Shown piece after piece: positions 48,097 through 54,177 of a stretch of DNA of 54,177 nucleotides. The DNA is taken from positions 1 to 54,177 of the forward strand of contig JBHHYI010000006.1 of the NCBI GenBank assembly GCA_046757525.1, in the 5' to 3' direction. A model generated the notes under the pieces. It saw nothing but the letters and a program-made list of their open reading frames with translations. It made no database searches and had not been told where the DNA came from. Position numbers and translations under genes: made by a program. Within the stretch, counting starts at the first letter, position 1. The number at the start of each line of letters is the position of its first letter. This DNA comes from a bacterium (GTDB lineage: Bacteria > Zhuqueibacterota > Zhuqueibacteria > Oceanimicrobiales > Oceanimicrobiaceae).

Positions 48097-48888
48097 ATGA
48101 ATCTGACTTACAAAGAATTCGGCAAGAATCGCCCGCACCTGGTCATTTTGCACGGCCTTCTTGGTTCTTCGAAAAACTGGCACCAGGTAGCCAGAAGGTT
48201 GGGCCAGCAGTTGCACGTCGTTGTCCCCGACCAGCGCAATCATGGCGATTCCCCCCACGGCAAACACAGCCTCCAACTCTTGCGCGACGACGTGTGGGAG
48301 CTGCTGCAACGGTTGCAACTTGAGAAGGTGGTTCTCATGGGCCATTCTATGGGCGGTCTGGCGGCTATGTCCTTTGCCCTCGCTTATCCGCAGCTCTTGA
48401 GCGGCCTCATCGTCGTGGACATGGCGCCACAAGCCCAATTGGGCAACATTCCCGAGATTCTGGACGCGCTGGCAAGCGTTGATTTGGCCGACGTTAAACG
48501 GCGGGAAGATGCCGACCGCCAATTGGCTGAACGCATCGGCAACGCCAGCATTCGACAATTCCTGTTGCAAAATCTCAGGCGCAGGGAGGACGGCTCCTAC
48601 GCCTGGCGCTGCAACTTGCCCGAATTGCAGCGGTTTGTCCGCCGCGAAACGCGCCTGGAACTCAACCAACGGGATCAATACGCAGGTCCCACCCTGTTTG
48701 TCGGCGGCGAACTGTCTGAGCAGAACCTTGCCGGGCAACAGGGTCTCCTGGTCCAGCATTTTCCCAACTACCAGTTGGTCATGATTCCCGATGCGGGTCA
48801 CTGGGTGCACTTCGACGCCCCGCTGGCATTCGTGGAAACGGTGCTGAACTTCATCAAGCGAATAGCCGGAACAACTCCGCCTGGTTAG
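48097..48888 (+). CDS. Alpha/beta hydrolase (YbfF-like esterase)
   Basis: HGLLGS..NW, DQRNHG.S, GHSMGG, AGHWVH. Confidence 0.92.
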   Translation: MNLTYKEFGKNRPHLVILHGLLGSSKNWHQVARRLGQQLHVVVPDQRNHGDSPHGKHSLQLLRDDVWELLQRLQLEKVVLMGHSMGGLAAMSFALAYPQLLSGLIVVDMAPQAQLGNIPEILDALASVDLADVKRREDADRQLAERIGNASIRQFLLQNLRRREDGSYAWRCNLPELQRFVRRETRLELNQRDQYAGPTLFVGGELSEQNLAGQQGLLVQHFPNYQLVMIPDAGHWVHFDAPLAFVETVLNFIKRIAGTTPPG

Positions 48889-48998
48889 CGGGTCTGGTCC
48901 TGCGATCCACGGGAATTAAGTAGCGCTTGACCGAAAACGCACATTTTGCTATTGGGACGGCGGCTTCTGCCGCGGCGGACCAACCCCTGCAAATGGCA

Positions 48999-49442
48999 CT
49001 ACGGCACTTCCGCATGTGCCTGGCCTGGCTTCCAACGTCTGCCAAGGTAATGAACCCACCAGGCACCCAGGGCGCAGCCGAGAACGTAATGCGGAAAATC
49101 CCACCAGACAAATGTAGTGCCGAGGAGCGTTTGCCCTAAAAACGTGGAACGCAGGGTCTCCAAAAAACGCGGATGCCACAATTGCAGAAACTCGAGCACG
49201 CTGGTCACCAGAAACACGCTGGTTCCCAACCAAAAAGAGCGCGCGTGAGGCACCACCCAGGCCGCGAGCAAGATCCAGAAGATCTCGTACAGCACGCCCC
49301 CGCCATAATCGTTAAGCCACCAGGCACCCGGCCCCTGGTAAAGCTTGCTGGCAAAGCCAATGGGCGTCACCACCAGCAGACTGGCCAGCAGCCGTAATCG
49401 GTAAGCACGCACTGCATTTGTCAAAGGTAAGTCACCCACCAC
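48999..49442 (-). CDS. DUF2809-like membrane protein
   Basis: DYGG..LY, EFLQL, LLGTTF.W.D..HY..G; hydrophobic helices; start uncertain. Confidence 0.75.
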   Translation of the reverse strand: MVGDLPLTNAVRAYRLRLLASLLVVTPIGFASKLYQGPGAWWLNDYGGGVLYEIFWILLAAWVVPHARSFWLGTSVFLVTSVLEFLQLWHPRFLETLRSTFLGQTLLGTTFVWWDFPHYVLGCALGAWWVHYLGRRWKPGQAHAEVP

Positions 49443-49583
49443 GCCAACTTAGATTGGAAAACTCATAGAGAATGCCAGGTTCTTTGGCCAGACTTGTAAT
49501 CGCTCTCGCCAACAAGCCCAGAGCGCTCGCCGGTCTTCCGGTCAACTAACAAAGCCTCAGTACATCATTTCCAAAATACGATG

Positions 49584-49744
49584 ACGTATTTCTTTGGACA
49601 GGATTACAAGATTCACGGGATTTCCTATTGACTGTTACACCCAAAACCGGGCTTGAAGAGTTGACCGCGGTATTGGGTGCCTTGATTCTGATAAGATTCT
49701 ATCTGTTTTATCCTGTTTATCTTGTTCATCCTGTCGAAATACGT
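49584..49744. repeat. Imperfect inverted repeat (REP/REPIN- or MITE-like)
   Basis: ACGTATTTC..GACAGGATTACAAGATTCACGGGAT versus ATCCTGTTTATCTTGTTCATCCTGTC-GAAATACGT. Confidence 0.6.
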
Positions 49745-49815
49745 TACTGCAATTATGCAACAGTGTACTTAGTCTTGAACTCAGTTCGCTGCTGTTCAGT
49801 TAATAAGGACGCGAG

Positions 49816-50046
49816 CTAAATGACCGCCAGCAAAAACTTGACTCCAATCAAGATGAAGATCAAATGCAGAACAATGAAATAAGTGAAAACAAGATTTAGA
49901 ATCTTCTGAAAAGTAAGGGCGCCGATGACCACTTCATCGCCGCCGCGGGTGGATAAAATGGGAGATTTTACTGTGAATCTCAAATAAAGCGACAGGATCG
50001 TTCCAACGACTCCGAAAACCGTGACGATGATTGCAATCACAAACAT
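49816..50046 (-). CDS. Small two-TM hypothetical membrane protein
   Basis: GGAGGGAG RBS; two hydrophobic helices. Confidence 0.65.
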   Translation of the reverse strand: MFVIAIIVTVFGVVGTILSLYLRFTVKSPILSTRGGDEVVIGALTFQKILNLVFTYFIVLHLIFILIGVKFLLAVI

Positions 50047-50116
50047 GTTCTCCCTCCGAGTTTAGGTGTTAACAACTCACAAAGACGCTGATTTTTTCCA
50101 CAAAGCTTGCGTCTTT

Positions 50117-51169
50117 TTAAATGGTTAGGACCACTTTCCCCACGCTCTTTCTGCTTTGCAAATAATTCTGCGCGGCTCCTGCCTGCTCAAAAGGGAAGGT
50201 CTTGCCGATCACCGGCCTTATTTTCCCTTCGTTAGCCCATCGCAACAATTGCCCGATGGCCTCCTGGAAGGCATCCACATAATTGAACATGTAGGCCAGG
50301 TGAAAAGCCGCGATGGTTTTGTTATCCGGCATCATGTCAAATGGGTTGAAGCGTGGCAACGTCAGGTACTGGTAGGCCAGCTTGAACCAGTTGGGTCGTT
50401 TGCCGCGAGGCATCATGCTGCCTAACCCGAAGATCACCAACCGTCCCATGGGATTCAACAACTGGTAGCCCTTGCGAAAGGTAGTACCGCCGACGGAATC
50501 CATGATCACGTCCACACCCTGGCCGTGGTTGATTCGCCGAACCGCCGATTCGAAATCTTGTTGGCGATAATTGATGCCGTGCTGAACCCCCATCTCCTCC
50601 AGGAACGCAATCTTCTGTTGCGAACCGCAGGTGGCAAAAATCTCCGCGTCGAAGATCTGTGCCAACTGCACTGCGGCGGTACCGACCCCGCCGGCAGCCG
50701 CATGAATCAGCACCTTCTCTCCCCTTTTCAGATGGCCCAAATTGAACAACCCGTGGTAAGCCGTCAAATAGGTCGTGGGAAAACCTGCGCCTTCTTCAAA
50801 AGAGAAACCAGCCGGCAAGTCGCAGACAAACGTTTCGTGGCATTTCAGCAAGGTCTTGTAGCCGCCAAAACGCGTGATTCCGATCACGTTCTGCCCATGC
50901 TTGAATCTTTTGACCTTCTGCCCCACCTGCTCGACTATTCCGGACACTTCGAAGCCGGGCACAAACGGGGCTTTGGGTGCCGCCTTGTACAGACCCAGGC
51001 GCTCGAAAATATCGGCAAAGTTCAACCCAACTGCTTTCACCCCAATCAGAACTTCCTCTGCACCAACTTCGGGCACCTGTTCTTCGCGCAGTCTGAGAAC
51101 TTCAGGCGGCCCAAAACGGCTAATCTCGATGATCTTTGCGGTCTGCAAGTTTGTCGTCGTTACGGGCAT
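50117..51169 (-). CDS. MDR family NAD(P)H quinone oxidoreductase (VAT-1-like, zinc-independent)
   Basis: GLNFAD, PGFEVSG, LIHAAAGGVGTAA, GKVVL. Confidence 0.9.
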   Translation of the reverse strand: MPVTTTNLQTAKIIEISRFGPPEVLRLREEQVPEVGAEEVLIGVKAVGLNFADIFERLGLYKAAPKAPFVPGFEVSGIVEQVGQKVKRFKHGQNVIGITRFGGYKTLLKCHETFVCDLPAGFSFEEGAGFPTTYLTAYHGLFNLGHLKRGEKVLIHAAAGGVGTAAVQLAQIFDAEIFATCGSQQKIAFLEEMGVQHGINYRQQDFESAVRRINHGQGVDVIMDSVGGTTFRKGYQLLNPMGRLVIFGLGSMMPRGKRPNWFKLAYQYLTLPRFNPFDMMPDNKTIAAFHLAYMFNYVDAFQEAIGQLLRWANEGKIRPVIGKTFPFEQAGAAQNYLQSRKSVGKVVLTI

Positions 51170-52350
51170 GCGTAATCGACCTCGACGGTTTGCAACTTTG
51201 CGCTTGCCAGAGCCTCTGCCATGAGACTTTCTACATTATTTAGTAGACGCTCTGCTTTGGCCAGGTCTTCGGGATTGGCGCGTGTTTCAGGATTGGCAGG
51301 CACGAACAGTGAACAGCAATCCTCATACGGCTCAATGGAGGTCTGGTACGTGCCGATCTGCTTTGCCAATTGTATGATTTCTTCTTTGTCGTAACCAGCC
51401 AAAGGTCTGAGAATGGGCAGCCCGGTGACCTCCCCAACCACACGCAGGTTGCTCAAGGTTTGCGAGGCCACCTGCCCCACGTTTTCGCCGGTAACCAAAG
51501 CTGTCGCATTCTCCGCTTCGGCAATTCTTTCAGCCAGCCTCACCATGTATCTGCGGTAGAGAAGGACACGCAGTCTTTGCGGACACCTGGCCATGATTTC
51601 CTTCTGCAGGTCGATGAACGGGATGAAATAGACCCTGGCCCGAAATTGGTACTTGCTCAATATTTCAACCAATCTCTGGACATTTTCTTCTGAGGCTTTG
51701 CTGGTAAACGGCTGACTGTGAAAATGAGTGTAAACCACCTGCACGCCGCGCTTGAGCATCAGGTAGGAGGCCACGGGAGAGTCGATGCCGGACGAAAGCA
51801 AGCTCACCGCGCGTTCGCTCACCCCGACCGGCAATCCGCGCAGTCCCGGGACTTTCTCCGTGTACAACAAGGCGTACGGTCCCGCAATTTCGATGAAGCA
51901 GGTCGCCTGCGGGTGACTCAGGTCCACGCGTTTGCCGCAGCGTTCTTGCACGAAAGCACCCACTTCCCGGTTAATCTCGACGGAATTCAAGGGGAAATCT
52001 TTTTCGGCACGCTTGGTGTTAATCTTAAACGAGTCAAATGGCAGGTCTTGCAACAAGGCCCAGGCAGCTTCCTTAATGAACCTCATCTCCCTGGGAACGG
52101 CCAGACCCAAACTGAAATGCGAGATACCGAAGACGTACTTCAGTCTGCTGGTCAACATCGTTTCCGCAGCTTCTTCGGGAAGATGCACCAGGAAGCGACC
52201 TTGCAAGCGTTCAACTTCGTCAAACGCCAGGCCCTGTAGCGCCCGCTTGATGTTCTTGATCAACTTGTTTTCAAAAAACCGGCGGTTGTTACCCTTGAGC
52301 GCAATTTCGCCGTAGTGAATGACCAGGCATTTTTTCTGCTTGCGGTGCAT
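51160..52350 (-). CDS. thiI: tRNA 4-thiouridine synthase ThiI (THUMP + PP-loop, no rhodanese domain)
   Basis: YGEIALKG.NR..FE, SSGIDSPVA, TGENVGQVASQT, PYEDCC. Confidence 0.95.
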   Translation of the reverse strand: MHRKQKKCLVIHYGEIALKGNNRRFFENKLIKNIKRALQGLAFDEVERLQGRFLVHLPEEAAETMLTSRLKYVFGISHFSLGLAVPREMRFIKEAAWALLQDLPFDSFKINTKRAEKDFPLNSVEINREVGAFVQERCGKRVDLSHPQATCFIEIAGPYALLYTEKVPGLRGLPVGVSERAVSLLSSGIDSPVASYLMLKRGVQVVYTHFHSQPFTSKASEENVQRLVEILSKYQFRARVYFIPFIDLQKEIMARCPQRLRVLLYRRYMVRLAERIAEAENATALVTGENVGQVASQTLSNLRVVGEVTGLPILRPLAGYDKEEIIQLAKQIGTYQTSIEPYEDCCSLFVPANPETRANPEDLAKAERLLNNVESLMAEALASAKLQTVEVDYACP

Positions 52351-52356
52351 GTTCCA

Positions 52357-52385
52357 ATTGTATAAAACCTGGCAACAAAAATCAA
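52357..52385 (-). promoter_or_regulatory. Putative promoter directly abutting the thiI start codon
   Basis: Minus strand TTGATT, 17 bp, TACAAT, then 6 nt to ATG. Confidence 0.55.
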
Positions 52386-52501
52386 GCAAATAGGTAGAGT
52401 TTTGCCCATCTGGACAAAATCGGACTTCGCAGGGGCGGGGTGTGAGACGGCCGGTTCGCTGGCAGATCCGAGGTTGGCGCGATCTGCAGGCCGCACGTCC
52501 C

Positions 52502-54064
52502 TCACATGCTTTGGTAGTCTTTGTAGATTTTCAATATGGCCGGCACATAAGTCTCTGTTTCCTCTTGAAGGATGCCGCTGACGCGATTTTGGCGCAGCCA
52601 CTTTTGCGCTCTTTTTTCGCCACCATTATAGGCGGCCAAACCACCATCCACGTCGTACGCCTGGATCAGCATGGACAGGTACCGGCAACCCAGACGAATA
52701 TTTTGAATCGGATCGAACAAGATATCTAGAAGCGAGCGGCCGTGGTGCCTCTTTTCTGCTAACAGGTGGCGAGCCGTGACAGGCAGAATCTGCATCAAGC
52801 CAATGGCCCCGGCAGGGGAAACAATTCGAGGGTCCCACGTGTGTGCACTCTCATGGGTAATGGTTGCCAGAATAAGCTCCACGTCGAGATTCTCATATTT
52901 TACCGACATGGCATAGATTTCATTGGCTATGGCGGTTTGGAGTTCAGGAGACAAGTCTGGATTAAAGCTGTGGATCACCGTCCGAGCTTTTTCCACTTTA
53001 AGGAAACGTTCGGCGCTGAACTTGGCCATGCTCGTTAGAGAATTCAATTCGTTTTGCATTTGTTCAATTTTGGCGTGGTTGAACAGACAGGTCGTCAACT
53101 TAGCATAGGCCAATCCCAGGAACATGGTGCAGAAAAAAACCACCAGATAAGTTTGTGCCAGGCGAAAAGCTGGTCGTCTCAAGCTGTGTTTGAAGGAGCT
53201 CAGTTCTGCAACGCTGAAAGGTTCAAAGGAACCCGAAGCCGCTAATTCCTTGCTCACTTTTTCTGCACGGACAACCGCTGCTGCTTTCGGCTTCAGTTTT
53301 GTCTTTTCAGGGGCGAGGGACACAGGTACCCCCCTGAGGCCGAGCTCACGCAAAAGCGGAGGAAGAGACCAGGCCAGACAACAGTTGGAACGCAGGCCAC
53401 GAGCAAAGTGCACCCCAACTGCACGCTGTGAGGAGGCTTCGAACCACCAGGTTCCGAAACCTGCCTTTTGCTCGAACCGGTGTTCAGACGCAAGATGAAT
53501 GAGGTGACGGACGACCTGCCGTTTCCCTGCGAATTGTAAAACCGCACACCCCAAAAGACCGCTAACCACACCACGGACAGGGGCTGGCTTGCAATTAGAA
53601 TTCCGCACTGGCATGCCCAGTTGAGGAATCAAAGGCGCTGGAAGCGTGCCCGGTTCCAGGCCAAAGTTCAACAACTGGGCCAAACCACAGCCCTGAGAGC
53701 GGGACGCGTGGGGAGAGAGATTTTCTTTGGCAATTGGTCTGATTGAATGGGGGTCCAGCGAGTAGTTGCTTTCTACGACGTCCACAGGGAAGCCGATTTT
53801 TTCAGAGTCGATTACCCGGCGAGGTTCTTTGCGTGCAAACGCTTCGAAGACCTCGCCGGTCATTTTTTTACGCACGTGGAAACGAACGGTCAACTCGGGC
53901 ACCATGCGGCCACCCGTGGATGACAGCACGCGGAAACCCAGGTCAATGAGCACAACGTTGGTGTCCAGGAGATAAAGCTGCACCGCCCTTTCGTGAGCGC
54001 GACGAGCCTCAATCCAGGTGGTGGGATCAATTCGATCCATGAAACCGTTCAGTTCTCTGTTCAT
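52502..54064 (-). CDS. SLT-family lytic transglycosylase with internal TM helix and N-terminal degenerate Nal1-like serine protease region
   Basis: C-terminal ITHES, SPAGAIGLMQI, NIRLGCRYL, LAAYNGG; TM YLVVFFCTMFLGLAYA; N-terminal NVVLIDLG...VRFHVRKK...PVDVVE and AVGVHFA. Confidence 0.8.
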   Translation of the reverse strand: MNRELNGFMDRIDPTTWIEARRAHERAVQLYLLDTNVVLIDLGFRVLSSTGGRMVPELTVRFHVRKKMTGEVFEAFARKEPRRVIDSEKIGFPVDVVESNYSLDPHSIRPIAKENLSPHASRSQGCGLAQLLNFGLEPGTLPAPLIPQLGMPVRNSNCKPAPVRGVVSGLLGCAVLQFAGKRQVVRHLIHLASEHRFEQKAGFGTWWFEASSQRAVGVHFARGLRSNCCLAWSLPPLLRELGLRGVPVSLAPEKTKLKPKAAAVVRAEKVSKELAASGSFEPFSVAELSSFKHSLRRPAFRLAQTYLVVFFCTMFLGLAYAKLTTCLFNHAKIEQMQNELNSLTSMAKFSAERFLKVEKARTVIHSFNPDLSPELQTAIANEIYAMSVKYENLDVELILATITHESAHTWDPRIVSPAGAIGLMQILPVTARHLLAEKRHHGRSLLDILFDPIQNIRLGCRYLSMLIQAYDVDGGLAAYNGGEKRAQKWLRQNRVSGILQEETETYVPAILKIYKDYQSM

Positions 54065-54177
54065 AATTCGGTATCTTTTTGTTTTCTCGCAATCTAACCT
54101 AAGACCTTCAAAACGGGTCCCGTTAACAAATCTACCCTGGGATCCGAGTCTAAAAGAACAACCACCGTTTGCAGTCT

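Noticed and set aside
50081..50116. AAAGACGC/GCGTCTTT hairpin as terminator of the oxidoreductase gene
   Set aside because: 20-nt loop and short U tract; too weak to call
52430..52501. GC-rich hairpin (GCAGATC/GATCTGC) downstream of the SLT gene as ncRNA
   Set aside because: Short stem with no family motif; more likely a 3' end structure
1..54177. CRISPR array, prophage, transposase or defence island
   Set aside because: No regularly spaced direct repeats and no ORFs with such motifs were seen

Overview
Gene-dense bacterial chromosome segment, mostly minus-strand housekeeping genes: ribD (partial), nrdJ, plsC, nadD, bamD, lnt, ruvX, two HU/IHF, rel/spoT, dnaB, udg, coaBC, rpoZ, gmk, yicC, mutS, nadK, xseAB, der, miaA, hflKC, thiI and tRNA-Gly(CCC). 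The organism is diderm (lnt, bamD). It carries PorV-like barrels and proteins with T9SS/FlgD-type C-terminal domains but uses E. coli-like TTGACA-17-TATAAT promoters. This suggests a non-Bacteroidetes FCB-related lineage such as KSB1 or Calditrichota (inference). No integrase, transposase, CRISPR array or rRNA was seen. Family assignments come from motif recognition by eye, not database searches. The most unusual items are: (1) a membrane-anchored lytic transglycosylase fused to an apparently dead Nal1-like serine protease; (2) a divergent transketolase-like enzyme with a GEG ThDP motif and a four-CxxC tail; (3) a secreted metallopeptidase-like protein with HQxxH in place of HExxH; (4) an 87-aa protein that is 54% acidic with regularly spaced aromatics; (5) a ~184-nt nested inverted-repeat element between ruvX and hup; (6) an LPP20-like plus CsgG/FlgT-like gene pair with no curli or flagellar genes nearby.
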